DNA from: a virus
Lineage: Duplodnaviria > Caudoviricetes
Reading direction: 5' to 3' (one strand)
IMG/VR virus record: IMGVR_UViG_3300030389_000481
Span: 1-53,141 of that record
Length of the DNA: 53,141 nt
The position numbers and the translations under genes were made by a program. This document shows positions 7,660-17,774 of this stretch, in pieces. Within the stretch, counting starts at the first letter, position 1, and every line of letters begins with the position of its first letter. Under the pieces are notes generated by a model that saw only the letters and a program-made list of their open reading frames with translations, was not told where the DNA came from and made no database searches.

Positions 7660-8541
7660 ATGACTGATAAAGTCCAACAAGAGGAAAAGCCAAATCCTTA
7701 TAACGCTAAAAAAGATTGGCACACGAATGATGATAAACCTTTTAGTTCATCAGAAAGTCTTTACTTTGAAGAACCTTCTGAAAAAAATAAATTGTTTAAT
7801 ACTTCGGATATAACTGAAGCAGAAGACAATGTTAATACAGAAGAATTGGAAGCTACAAAGGATAAACCTTATAGCAAACCAGACTACAAAAAAAGATATG
7901 ATGATTTAAAAAGACATTATGATAGGAAACTCAACGAGTTTAAAACTAGAGAAACAGAGTTGAATAACCAACTAAAGGATGTAAGTCCTAGTTATACAGC
8001 TCCTAAAACTGTAGAAGAACTTGAAGAATTTAAAAAATCCTATCCAGAAGTCTTTGATGTTGTAGAAACTGTAGCACATCTACAAAGTGAGTCTAAAGCA
8101 AAAGTTCTAGAAGAACGCCTTAGTAAACTCCAAAAAAGAGAACTAGAGATGATACGACAAGATGCAGAAAAAAGGTTGAATGAAAGACATCCTGACTTTG
8201 ATGATATTAGAGATAGTGATGAATTTCATAACTGGGCAACTAATCAGCCAGAGTCCATAAAAACATGGATATACTCAAATGCTGATGATGCTGACCTAGC
8301 TTCTCGTGCTCTCGATTTATTTAAGCGAGATATGGGGATGGATTTACCAAAAGAGGAAAAGTCATCTTCAAGGACTAGAAAGACTGCTGCTGATATGGTG
8401 TCAACAAAAACTAAAACTGTTGAACCAAAGCAGGAGAAAGTTTGGTCCGAACAGGAGATTGCTGCAATGAGCATGGCAGAATTTGATAAGTACGAACAGG
8501 AAATATCAGATGCTATGCAAGAAGGCAGAATCATAAGATAA
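7660..8541 (+). CDS. Capsid scaffolding protein
   Basis: Acidic coiled coil, YKKRYDDL, C-terminal EGRI; directly before capsid; AGGAGG RBS before ATG 7660. Confidence 0.8.
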   Translation: MTDKVQQEEKPNPYNAKKDWHTNDDKPFSSSESLYFEEPSEKNKLFNTSDITEAEDNVNTEELEATKDKPYSKPDYKKRYDDLKRHYDRKLNEFKTRETELNNQLKDVSPSYTAPKTVEELEEFKKSYPEVFDVVETVAHLQSESKAKVLEERLSKLQKRELEMIRQDAEKRLNERHPDFDDIRDSDEFHNWATNQPESIKTWIYSNADDADLASRALDLFKRDMGMDLPKEEKSSSRTRKTAADMVSTKTKTVEPKQEKVWSEQEIAAMSMAEFDKYEQEISDAMQEGRIIR

Positions 8542-8568
8542 ACTATTTAATAACACAGGAGAAGTATC

Positions 8569-9543
8569 ATGGCTCAATATTTTGAACCAAGTACCGATAC
8601 TAATGCTAACTTTGCAAACTCTGTAAGTGGACAGGCTAATAGTTTCTTCCTACCTTCCGTTTATTCTAAAAAGGTTTTAAACTTCTTTAGGAAAGCCTCG
8701 GTAGCAGAAGCTATAACAAACACCGACTATGCTGGTGAAATATCTGCTTACGGAGACTCTGTAAAGATTATTAAAGAACCAGTTATCTCTGTGTCTGATT
8801 ACACAAGAGGTAGCGATACAACTGCAACTAAGTTGACTGACCAAGAATTAACATTGGTTGTTGATAGTGCAAAAGCTTTCAAATTCATCGTAGATGATAT
8901 TGAAACTAACATGTCACATGTAAACTTTAAAGAGGTAGCATCTTCAAGTGCTGCATATGCTCTTAAAGATTCATATGATGCTGCTATCATCGCTAATATG
9001 TTTTCTGGTTTATCTTCTAGTTCACCTGACCATGTCATAGGTTCTGATTCAGCTACTGCTGATGCAACTATGACACACGCAACAAATTCTGTTGACTTGT
9101 TAGGTTCAGATGGAACTGGAGTAGACCCATTAGACTTAATGGCAAGAATGGCAAGATTACTTGATGACCAAAATGTTCCAGAAGAAGGAAGATGGTTCCT
9201 AGCTGGACCAGATTTCTATGAGCAACTAGGAAAATCAGGTTCTAAATTATTGTCAGTAGACTTTAACGCAGGTCAAGGTTCTATTAGAAATGGCTTAGTA
9301 TCTAGTGGTAAACTAAGAGGATTTGATATGTACAAATCTAACAATATCGCTGCAGTATCAAATGCAAGTGGTAAAGTGTTAGCTGGACATATAAGTTCAA
9401 CTGCAACTGCAAACACTATCCTTTCAACAGAAGTTATCAGAGACCCAAGTTCTTTTGGTGACATCGTGAGAGGTCTTCATGTCTATGGCTCTAAAGTCTT
9501 AAGACCAGAAGCGTTAGTAGGTGCATTCTATGTTATCGACTAA
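8569..9543 (+). CDS. Major capsid protein
   Basis: P22/T7-type coat motifs (GDSVKI, LDDQNVP..GR, GLHVYGSKV); followed by a terminator. Confidence 0.9.
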   Translation: MAQYFEPSTDTNANFANSVSGQANSFFLPSVYSKKVLNFFRKASVAEAITNTDYAGEISAYGDSVKIIKEPVISVSDYTRGSDTTATKLTDQELTLVVDSAKAFKFIVDDIETNMSHVNFKEVASSSAAYALKDSYDAAIIANMFSGLSSSSPDHVIGSDSATADATMTHATNSVDLLGSDGTGVDPLDLMARMARLLDDQNVPEEGRWFLAGPDFYEQLGKSGSKLLSVDFNAGQGSIRNGLVSSGKLRGFDMYKSNNIAAVSNASGKVLAGHISSTATANTILSTEVIRDPSSFGDIVRGLHVYGSKVLRPEALVGAFYVID

Positions 9544-9553
9544 TATATAACTC

Positions 9554-9581
9554 GGAGGGGTCTTCGGACCCTTCCACTTTT
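9554..9581 (+). terminator. Rho-independent terminator after capsid
   Basis: GGAGGGGTC-TTCG-GACCCTTCC followed by ACTTTT. Confidence 0.8.
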
Positions 9582-9594
9582 AAAAGGAAAAAAA

Positions 9595-9756
9595 ATGTAT
9601 CACGGAAAAAAGAAAATGATGGGTGGTGGCATGGCTCGTAAAAAGAAAATGGGTGGTGGCATGATGGCTCGTAAAAAGAAAATGGGTGGAGGCAAAATGA
9701 AAAGAACTATGTATGGACATGGTGGAGAAGTAATGCCTAAAGCTAAACCTTGTTAA
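9595..9756 (+). CDS. 53-aa basic peptide with RKKKMGGG repeats
   Basis: MYHGKKKMMGGGMARKKKMGGGMMARKKKMGGGK...; AAGGA upstream; below ORF-track cutoff. Confidence 0.7.
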   Translation: MYHGKKKMMGGGMARKKKMGGGMMARKKKMGGGKMKRTMYGHGGEVMPKAKPC

Positions 9757-9757
9757 T

Positions 9758-9904
9758 ATGAAAGTAAAAGCACCCAAAGGCTACCATTGGATGAAACAAC
9801 CCAAAGGTGGTTTTAAATTAATGAAACATAAAGGCAAGTTTGTAAAGCACAAAGGTGCTAGTTTAACAGCAAACTTTGCTATACAAAAAGTACACAAAAA
9901 ATAA
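9758..9904 (+). CDS. 48-aa basic protein
   Basis: MKVKAPKGYHWMK...; stop overlaps next ATG. Confidence 0.65.
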   Translation: MKVKAPKGYHWMKQPKGGFKLMKHKGKFVKHKGASLTANFAIQKVHKK

Positions 9905-10677
9905 TGGCAACAACATATTTAGATTTAACAAACGAACTTCTAAGAGAGTTAAACGAAATACCTTTAACTACTGCAAACTTTAGTAATGCAATAGGATTTC
10001 AAGCATTTGTAAAAGATGCAATAAATAAATCTATATCTGATATAGCCAATGAAGAACCTCAATTACCTTTTTTTGCTGTTGCAGCTAGTGGAGGCACAGA
10101 CCCATTTTATGGTAATGTAACTGTTGCTACAGTAGCAGGTCAAAGATGGTATACTTTGAAAGATGGTAGCTCTAGTATAACTACAGACTATTCATCTATC
10201 GATTGGGATGATTTTTATTTAACAACAATAAATGTATCTGGAGAAACTACTCCATTTGTTTCTAAAGGTTTAAAATTTTTAACACTTGCAGATTGGAGAA
10301 GATATAACAGAGATAGTGAAAATGCAGATGATGCAGAAGGTTCTGATGCTTCGCATGGTGAACCTATATGTGTAATAAGAAGTCCAGATAATAGAAAGTT
10401 TGGATTAAGTCCAATACCAGATAAAGTTTATAATGTGCATTTTTATGCATATGAAAAACCTACAGCATTATCAGCTCATAGCGACACAATAGTTTTACCA
10501 GACCAATATGCTAATGTTATAACAGCAAGAACTAGATACTATGTATGGCAATTTAAAGAAAGTCCACAACAAGCAGCTTTTGCTTTAGAAGATTATAAAA
10601 AAGGTATGAGACAAATGAAATCTAATTTAATAAATCCTCAACCTAAATATATGTCAGATGACAGGACTTATTATTAA
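9904..10677 (+). CDS. Head-tail adaptor / tail tubular protein A-like
   Basis: TYLDLTNELLRELNE N-terminus; position after capsid. Confidence 0.7.
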   Translation: MATTYLDLTNELLRELNEIPLTTANFSNAIGFQAFVKDAINKSISDIANEEPQLPFFAVAASGGTDPFYGNVTVATVAGQRWYTLKDGSSSITTDYSSIDWDDFYLTTINVSGETTPFVSKGLKFLTLADWRRYNRDSENADDAEGSDASHGEPICVIRSPDNRKFGLSPIPDKVYNVHFYAYEKPTALSAHSDTIVLPDQYANVITARTRYYVWQFKESPQQAAFALEDYKKGMRQMKSNLINPQPKYMSDDRTYY

Positions 10678-12284
10678 TGGCAAGAGGTCAACCATATACA
10701 GTAGCTTGTGAAGGAGGTTTGGTTACAGCTTCAAACCAAATAGATTTACTAAGAAGTCCGGGAGTAGCTACAGCATTACAAAACTTTGAAGTATCTGTAG
10801 AAGGTGGATACAGAAGAATAAATGGATATACAAAGTTTGGTGGTTCTAGTGCTACAAGACCTACTGGAGGAGAAGCTAGAATATTAGGTGTTGTTCCTTA
10901 TGGTGATGGTGTAATAGCTTGTGCAGGTACAAGTATTTATTTTAGTCTTGATGGAATAACTTGGATAGAAATAAATAGAAGTTCTGTATCTAGTAGTGGT
11001 GATAACTTTTCTACTTTTACAGGTAGAAGTGTTTTAACAAGAACTAATCAAGGACAAGTACAGTTTACTTTATTTGAAGGTGCTGCATTCCAATATGGAC
11101 AAATAATTATAGCAGATGGTGCTAATAAACCTTATTTGTTTAGAATGGAAGGTTCAGGTTCTTTATCATCTAGAACATTTTTTGCAGAAGAAATAACTGT
11201 AAGTGGAACTAAAGGTGTAAGTTTTATTACTCACCATGATAGACATTTAGTAGCTGCAGGTGTAGAAGATAATTTAACTACTGTATTTTTTAGTGCATTA
11301 TTAGACCCTACAGACTTTAGTGGTTCAGGTTCAGGTGCTGTAACTATAACTGACCAAGTAGTAGGATTAGCTTCTTTTAGGGCTGACTTATTTATATTTT
11401 GTAAAAATAGTATTCATAAACTTACAAATATAAATACACCTAGTCAAACTGCAGTTGTTCCAGTAGCAGAAAGTGTAGGATGTTTAAGTGGACACAGTAT
11501 TCAAGAGATAGCTGGTGACTTAATATTTTTAGCACCAGATGGAATGAGAACTATCGCTGGTACAGCAAGAATTGGCGATATTGAATTAGGAACTGTTAGT
11601 AAAAAAGTACAACCATTATTTACAACACTAGCTAAAAATATAAATCAATTTGAAATATCTAGTGTAGTAATAAGAGAAAAGTCACAATACAGACTTTTTT
11701 ATACAAATTTAAGTTTAGGTGAAAATGCACAACGAGGCATTATAGGAACTTTAAGACCAAATGGATTTGAGTGGTCTGAAATAAAAGGCTTAGAAGTTAC
11801 AGCAGTAGGCTCTGACTTTGATGCGACAAAAGTAGAAAGATATTTTCATGGTTCAAAAACTGGTTTTATATATAATCATGATACAGGAGATACTTTTGAT
11901 GGTACAGCAATAGCTGCAAGATATAAAACACCAGATTATGATTATGGTGATTTAGGAACATTAAAAACTTTGCATTACTGTAAAGTATCTATTGGAGGAG
12001 AAGGGGAAGTTTCTCCAGAATTACAAGTTAAGTTTGAGTATTCAAATCAAAACATACCTCAACATACAAGTAATTTTAGTTTCGGAACAGTTAGCCCTGC
12101 TGCTATATTTGGAGAAGCAGTATTTGGTTCTAATGTTTTTGGAGCAGTTGTAAACCCCATGGTTAGAATACCATTACAAGGAAGTGGAACTAGTAATAGT
12201 TTTACAGTAGTTAGTAATGATACTAAACCACCTTATAAAATAAATGGATTGTATGTAGATTACATACCATCAGGCAGGAGATAA
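10677..12284 (+). CDS. Tail nozzle / tubular protein B-like
   Basis: Beta-rich 535 aa with GC.S..SIQE..GDLIFLAPDG motif; position. Confidence 0.7.
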   Translation: MARGQPYTVACEGGLVTASNQIDLLRSPGVATALQNFEVSVEGGYRRINGYTKFGGSSATRPTGGEARILGVVPYGDGVIACAGTSIYFSLDGITWIEINRSSVSSSGDNFSTFTGRSVLTRTNQGQVQFTLFEGAAFQYGQIIIADGANKPYLFRMEGSGSLSSRTFFAEEITVSGTKGVSFITHHDRHLVAAGVEDNLTTVFFSALLDPTDFSGSGSGAVTITDQVVGLASFRADLFIFCKNSIHKLTNINTPSQTAVVPVAESVGCLSGHSIQEIAGDLIFLAPDGMRTIAGTARIGDIELGTVSKKVQPLFTTLAKNINQFEISSVVIREKSQYRLFYTNLSLGENAQRGIIGTLRPNGFEWSEIKGLEVTAVGSDFDATKVERYFHGSKTGFIYNHDTGDTFDGTAIAARYKTPDYDYGDLGTLKTLHYCKVSIGGEGEVSPELQVKFEYSNQNIPQHTSNFSFGTVSPAAIFGEAVFGSNVFGAVVNPMVRIPLQGSGTSNSFTVVSNDTKPPYKINGLYVDYIPSGRR

Positions 12285-12290
12285 AAAGAA

Positions 12291-15200
12291 ATGGCAACAT
12301 ATACAAGACAAAGTTCATTTGTTGATGGTGACAGCATAACTGCTGCTATCTTTAATGATGAATTTAACCAATTAGTTAATGCTTTTAATGTAAGCACAGG
12401 GCATTCACATGATGGAACTACAGCAGGTGATGGTGGTCCTATCTCTGTATTATTTAGTAATACAATTACTATAGGTAAGAATGAAGATACAGATATTGCT
12501 TTAACATTTAATGCATCATCAAATGATGGTGTATTAACATGGATGGAGGATGAAGATTACTTTTTATTCTCTGATGATATATTAATTAATAGCACAGAAA
12601 AATTACAATTTAGAGACACAGCAATTTATTTAAACTCTAGTGCTGATGGGCAACTAGATATAGTAGCTGATACAGAAATACAACTAGCTGCAACTACAAT
12701 AGATATAAATGGTGCAGTAGATATTTCAGGAGCTTTAACATTAGCTGGTGTTTCATTAGCAGAAACCATTTCTGATACTGTAGGAGCTATGGTAAGTTCT
12801 AATACAGAAACAGGAATTACAGTTACTTATGATGATAATGATAATACATTAGACTTTGTAATCGGAACATTAAACCAAGATACTACAGGAAATGCTGCAA
12901 CTGCCACAGCATTAGAAACTGCTAGAACTATTCATGGTGTAAGTTTTGATGGTACTGCTAATATTGATTTATCAGAAGTTATTCAAGATACTGTAGGAGC
13001 TATGCTATCAAGTAATACTGAATCAGGTATTACAGTTACATATCAAGATGGTGATGGAACTATAGACTTTACTGTAGCTTCACAAACAGATGAAAACTTT
13101 ACAACTGCTGACCATGCAAAACTAGATGGTATAGAAGCTAATGCAACTGCCGACCAAACTGCAGCAGAGATAAGAACATTGGTAGATAGTGCTAGTGATT
13201 CAAATGTTTTCACAGATGCAGACCACACAAAACTAGATGGTATAGAAACTAGTGCTACTGCAGACCAGACTGCTGCTGAAATAAGAACATTAGTAGAATC
13301 AGCAAGTGATTCAAATGTATTTACAGATGCAGACCATACAAAATTAAATGCAATAGAAGCTGGAGCTACTGCAGACCAAACAGATGAAGAAATACAAGAT
13401 GTTGTTGGAGCTATGTTTAGTGGTAATACAGAAACAGGTATTACAGCAACATATCAAGATAGTGATGGAACTATAGACTTAGTAGTAGGAACTCTTAATC
13501 AAGATACTACAGGTAATGCAGCAACAGCTACAGCATTAGAAACTGCAAGAACAATTAATGGTGTAAGCTTTGATGGTACTGGAAATATTACAACACTTAC
13601 TGCAGGTACAGGAGTATCTGTATCAGGTACAGAAGTATCTATAGGACAATCAGTAGCAACAAATGCAGATGCTAATTTTGCTACAGTTACAACTACAGGT
13701 AATACAATAGTAGGTGGTAATCTTACAGTAAATGGAACTACAACAACTTTAAATACTGCAACACTAGATGTTGAAGATAAAAACATTACACTTAACAAAG
13801 GTTCAGGAGATACATCTGGTTCAGCAGATGGAGCTGGATTTACAATTCAAGATGCAGTAGATGCATCGAATGATGCAACATTAACATGGAGTGCAGCTAA
13901 TGATAACTTTGTGTTTTCACATGAAATAGTTGCTCCAAGTTTAGATATATCAGGTAATGTAGATATTGATGGTACATTAGAAACAGATGCATTAACTATT
14001 AATGGTACAGCATCAGTTCCTTTTGAAGCTGCAGACCATACTAAGTTAGATGGTATAGAAACAAATGCTACTGCAGACCAAACAGCAGCAGAGATTAGGA
14101 CATTAGTAGAATCAGCAAGTGACTCTAATGTCTTTACAGATGCTGACCACAGCAAACTAAATGCTATAGAAGCTAGTGCTGATGTAACAGATACAACAAA
14201 TGTTACTGCTGCAGGTGCATTAATGGATAGTGAACTTGCAAGTATTGCAGATGTAAAAGCATTAGACCAGTCAGTAGTAAGTGGAGCATCTCCAACATTT
14301 AGTACAACTAATTTTACTGATGCATCTAATAAAAGATTAATGACTGATGCTCAAGAAACAAAACTTGATTCAGTTGAGAGTGGTGCAACAGCAGACCAAA
14401 CTGCAGCAGAAATTAGAACATTAGTTGAAGCAGCAACAGACTCTAATGTGTTTACTGATGCAGACCACACTAAACTAAATGCAATAGAATCAAATGCTAC
14501 AGGAGACCAAACTGCTAGTGAAATAAAAAGTTTATATGAAGGTAATTCAGATACAAATGCATTTACTGATGCAGATGAAAGTAAGTTAGATGGTATAGAA
14601 GCAAGTGCTGATGTTACAGATTCAACAAATGTAGGAACTGCACTAACAGGATTTAGTACAGCTACAGATGCTGTAAGTTCAGACTTAGTTCCATTTTATG
14701 ATGTAACAGCAGGAGCATGGGAAAAATCTACAGTAGCTAATTTAGCTTTACAAGGACCAACAGGACCTACTGGACCAACTGGACCAACTGGACCGACAGG
14801 ACCTCAAGGTAATACTGGACCAACAGGACCAACAGGTTCTAAAGGACAAAAAGGTGAAGTAGGCTCAACTGGACCTACAGGACCTTCAGGTTCAGATGGA
14901 AATGATGGTTCTACAGGACCAACAGGACCTACAGGACCTACTGGACCTACTGGACCAACTGGGTCTAAAGGACAAAAAGGTGAAGTGGGAGCAGGAGGAC
15001 CTACAGGTGGAACAGGACCTACCGGACCTACCGGACCAACAGGACCTGCAGGTAATGCTTCAGATGGTACTAAAGGACAAAAAGGACAAAAAGGTGAAGT
15101 TGGTAGTACAGGACCTACAGGTGGCACAGGTCCAACAGGACCAGCAGGACCAACAGGTTCAACAGGTGGCACAGGACCAACAGGGTCTAAAGGACAAAAA

Positions 15201-16811
15201 GGTGAGGTTGGTTCAACAGGACCGACTGGACCTACTGGAGGCACCGGACCTACAGGACCTACAGGACCAACAGGTTCAACAGGTACAGGTATTACAATGG
15301 AAGGACAAGTTGCTACAACAGGTGACTTACCTTCAAGTGGTAATACAAAAGGTGATGCTTACATAGTACAAGCAGATGATAGTTTACATATCTTTGATGG
15401 TAGTAACTTTGTAAGTGGTGGTTCTATTCAAGGACCAACAGGACCTACAGGACCTACTGGTGGTACAGGACCTACCGGACCTACAGGTAATACAGGACCT
15501 ACTGGACCTACTGGTTCAAAAGGACAGAAAGGTGAAGTTGGTGGAACAGGACCTACAGGTAATACAGGACCTACAGGTGGAACAGGACCTACTGGACCTA
15601 CAGGACCTACTGGACCAGCAGGTGATGATGGTAGTAATGGTTCTAAAGGACAGAAAGGACAAAAAGGTGAAGTTGGTTCTACAGGACCCACAGGTGGAAC
15701 TGGACCAACAGGACCTACAGGACCCGGTGGTTCAACTGGTGGAACAGGACCTACTGGTCAGAAAGGACAAAAAGGTGAAGTTGGTGCTACAGGACCCGGA
15801 GGTTCTACTGGACCAGCAGGACCAGCAGGACCTGCAGGACCTAGTGGTGGTACAGGACCAACAGGTGGAACTGGACCTACTGGTTCAAAAGGACAGAAAG
15901 GTGAAGTTGGTGCTGGAGGACCTACTGGACCTACTGGACCCGGAGGAGGTACAGGACCTACAGGACCTACTGGACCTAGTGGTGGAACAGGACCGACTGG
16001 TTCTAAAGGACAAAAAGGTGAAGTAGGTGGTACAGGACCTACTGGACCAGCAGGTGGTACAGGACCTACAGGTAGTACTGGACCTACAGGACCCGGAGGT
16101 AGTACTGGTCAAAAAGGACAAAAGGGTCAAAAAGGTGCTACAGGTAGTACAGGACCTTCAGGACCTACTGGTTCAACAGGACCTACAGGTAGTACAGGAC
16201 CAAGTGGTGGTACAGGACCTACAGGTCAAAAAGGACAAAAAGGTCAAACTGGTTCAACAGGTGGTACAGGACCTTCAGGTGGTACAGGACCAACTGGACC
16301 AACTGGACCTACAGGACCAACTGGACCTACCGGACCTAGTGGTGGATTTACAACTGGTTCAAACGCAGAAGTAAATAGTTTAGGTGTTAATGTTACCAAT
16401 AGTGGATTTACAAATGGTGAGATTAGAGCATCTAATAATATTACAGCTTTCTACTCTGATGAAAGATTAAAAGACTTTGAAGGTACTATACCTAATGCTT
16501 TAGAAAAAGTAGTTCAGTTAGGTGGTTATTACTTTAGAGAAAATGAAGTAGCAAAAGGACTTGGTTATGAAAACGACAAACGACAAGTTGGTGTTTCAGC
16601 TCAAGAAGTACAAGCAGTATTACCAGAAGTAGTAACAGCAGCACCTATTGATGATAAATATTTAACAGTATGGTATGACAAGTTAGTACCATTATTAATA
16701 GAAGCTATAAAAGAATTAGCAGTAAACTCTCATGAACCTAAATGTTTAGAAGATATGGAAGGTTATGCTGATTTAATTGCAAGAATAGAGGAGCTAGAAA
16801 ACGATGGCTAA
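12291..16811 (+). CDS. Tail fibre with internal repeats, long collagen domain and C-terminal S74-like chaperone
   Basis: EFNQL..AF...GH.HDG attachment domain, G-X-Y repeats, YSDERLK...[12 protein letters not shown]...LIEAIKEL. Confidence 0.9.
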   Translation: MATYTRQSSFVDGDSITAAIFNDEFNQLVNAFNVSTGHSHDGTTAGDGGPISVLFSNTITIGKNEDTDIALTFNASSNDGVLTWMEDEDYFLFSDDILINSTEKLQFRDTAIYLNSSADGQLDIVADTEIQLAATTIDINGAVDISGALTLAGVSLAETISDTVGAMVSSNTETGITVTYDDNDNTLDFVIGTLNQDTTGNAATATALETARTIHGVSFDGTANIDLSEVIQDTVGAMLSSNTESGITVTYQDGDGTIDFTVASQTDENFTTADHAKLDGIEANATADQTAAEIRTLVDSASDSNVFTDADHTKLDGIETSATADQTAAEIRTLVESASDSNVFTDADHTKLNAIEAGATADQTDEEIQDVVGAMFSGNTETGITATYQDSDGTIDLVVGTLNQDTTGNAATATALETARTINGVSFDGTGNITTLTAGTGVSVSGTEVSIGQSVATNADANFATVTTTGNTIVGGNLTVNGTTTTLNTATLDVEDKNITLNKGSGDTSGSADGAGFTIQDAVDASNDATLTWSAANDNFVFSHEIVAPSLDISGNVDIDGTLETDALTINGTASVPFEAADHTKLDGIETNATADQTAAEIRTLVESASDSNVFTDADHSKLNAIEASADVTDTTNVTAAGALMDSELASIADVKALDQSVVSGASPTFSTTNFTDASNKRLMTDAQETKLDSVESGATADQTAAEIRTLVEAATDSNVFTDADHTKLNAIESNATGDQTASEIKSLYEGNSDTNAFTDADESKLDGIEASADVTDSTNVGTALTGFSTATDAVSSDLVPFYDVTAGAWEKSTVANLALQGPTGPTGPTGPTGPTGPQGNTGPTGPTGSKGQKGEVGSTGPTGPSGSDGNDGSTGPTGPTGPTGPTGPTGSKGQKGEVGAGGPTGGTGPTGPTGPTGPAGNASDGTKGQKGQKGEVGSTGPTGGTGPTGPAGPTGSTGGTGPTGSKGQKGEVGSTGPTGPTGGTGPTGPTGPTGSTGTGITMEGQVATTGDLPSSGNTKGDAYIVQADDSLHIFDGSNFVSGGSIQGPTGPTGPTGGTGPTGPTGNTGPTGPTGSKGQKGEVGGTGPTGNTGPTGGTGPTGPTGPTGPAGDDGSNGSKGQKGQKGEVGSTGPTGGTGPTGPTGPGGSTGGTGPTGQKGQKGEVGATGPGGSTGPAGPAGPAGPSGGTGPTGGTGPTGSKGQKGEVGAGGPTGPTGPGGGTGPTGPTGPSGGTGPTGSKGQKGEVGGTGPTGPAGGTGPTGSTGPTGPGGSTGQKGQKGQKGATGSTGPSGPTGSTGPTGSTGPSGGTGPTGQKGQKGQTGSTGGTGPSGGTGPTGPTGPTGPTGPTGPSGGFTTGSNAEVNSLGVNVTNSGFTNGEIRASNNITAFYSDERLKDFEGTIPNALEKVVQLGGYYFRENEVAKGLGYENDKRQVGVSAQEVQAVLPEVVTAAPIDDKYLTVWYDKLVPLLIEAIKELAVNSHEPKCLEDMEGYADLIARIEELENDG
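14753..16343 (+). repeat. Collagen-coding GGACCWACW repeat tract
   Basis: GPT triplets punctuated by KGQKGE; interrupted once at about 15290-15430. Confidence 0.95.
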
Positions 16812-16983
16812 TATGCAAACAGTACATGTATTAAAAACTAATAGTGAAAGTGACCAACAACCAGTAGCTATTATAACTTATGATGATGATACACAAACTT
16901 TTTGGAATAAAGATAGTGATAGAAGTGTTTTAGATACTCATACAAAGTCTATATTAGATGCATTTTTTAATGGAATAAGTTAA
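16804..16983 (+). CDS. Hypothetical protein (59 aa)
   Basis: [11 protein letters not shown]...; overlaps both neighbours. Confidence 0.6.
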   Translation: MANMQTVHVLKTNSESDQQPVAIITYDDDTQTFWNKDSDRSVLDTHTKSILDAFFNGIS

Positions 16984-17720
16984 TGGCAATAAGTGGAGCA
17001 GGGCAACAAAAATCATTCTCAGATTTACAAACTGAGTTTGGTGGTTCGCATCCTATAACTATGGGTGAGTATGCTTCTTTTAGAGTATCAGGTTCTGGTA
17101 ATACTATTGACATGGATGACTTTGCAGGTGCAGTAGCATTTACTTGGGATAATCCAGCAGTAGATTTAGATTTACCTAACAATGCTTTAGTATCTACAGG
17201 AAGTTCATCAGGTACTGCTTTAGGTATAGCTGTTATAGGTGTAGCTTTTCAACCAGCAGATAATAGAGTTAGATTTAGATATGGTAAAGGAACTCAAAGT
17301 GCAGCAATAACTTATAATTATTTAAATTTAGATTATACTGGTACTGACCCTGACCAAGTAGAGATGCAATTAAACTGGACAGCATCTACATCAGGTACTG
17401 GTACTTTTAGTAATGCTACCGGTTTTACATCTGGTAATTGGAGTACTATACAAAAACAAACTACCAGTAGTGATTCTGGTTTATTTACAGCAGCAACTTG
17501 GTCAGCTCAAAAAAGTTCATCACAAGGATTTGGAACTGCTGCTTTAGATGCAGGAGCTTTTGCTGGTACTGCTTTAACATTTGCATTTAGAGCAAAAGAC
17601 TCAAGTGGTAATGTCATAGCCACCTCTAGTACTAGTAATAGTGAAACTGTTTATGTTTCTGCTTCAAGAAGTGGCTTCGGTGGTGGAGGTGGAGGTGGAG
17701 GTGGAGGCTTCGAGCCTTAA
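16983..17720 (+). CDS. Putative fibre tip / adhesin
   Basis: SFSDLQTEFGGSHPI.M.EY N-terminus seen after S74 fibres; S/T/G-rich; poly-Gly tail. Confidence 0.55.
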   Translation: MAISGAGQQKSFSDLQTEFGGSHPITMGEYASFRVSGSGNTIDMDDFAGAVAFTWDNPAVDLDLPNNALVSTGSSSGTALGIAVIGVAFQPADNRVRFRYGKGTQSAAITYNYLNLDYTGTDPDQVEMQLNWTASTSGTGTFSNATGFTSGNWSTIQKQTTSSDSGLFTAATWSAQKSSSQGFGTAALDAGAFAGTALTFAFRAKDSSGNVIATSSTSNSETVYVSASRSGFGGGGGGGGGGFEP

Positions 17721-17728
17721 ACCGAAAC

Positions 17729-17757
17729 TTGACAAGACTTATATAAAATATTATAAT
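17729..17757 (+). promoter_or_regulatory. Consensus sigma70 promoter
   Basis: TTGACA-17 bp-TATAAT. Confidence 0.85.
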
Positions 17758-17774
17758 ACTATTAGGGGTGAAGC

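Noticed and set aside
14804-16374. Alternative-frame ORFs (QDLQDL..., PVGPVG...)
   Set aside because: Shadows of the collagen codon repeat
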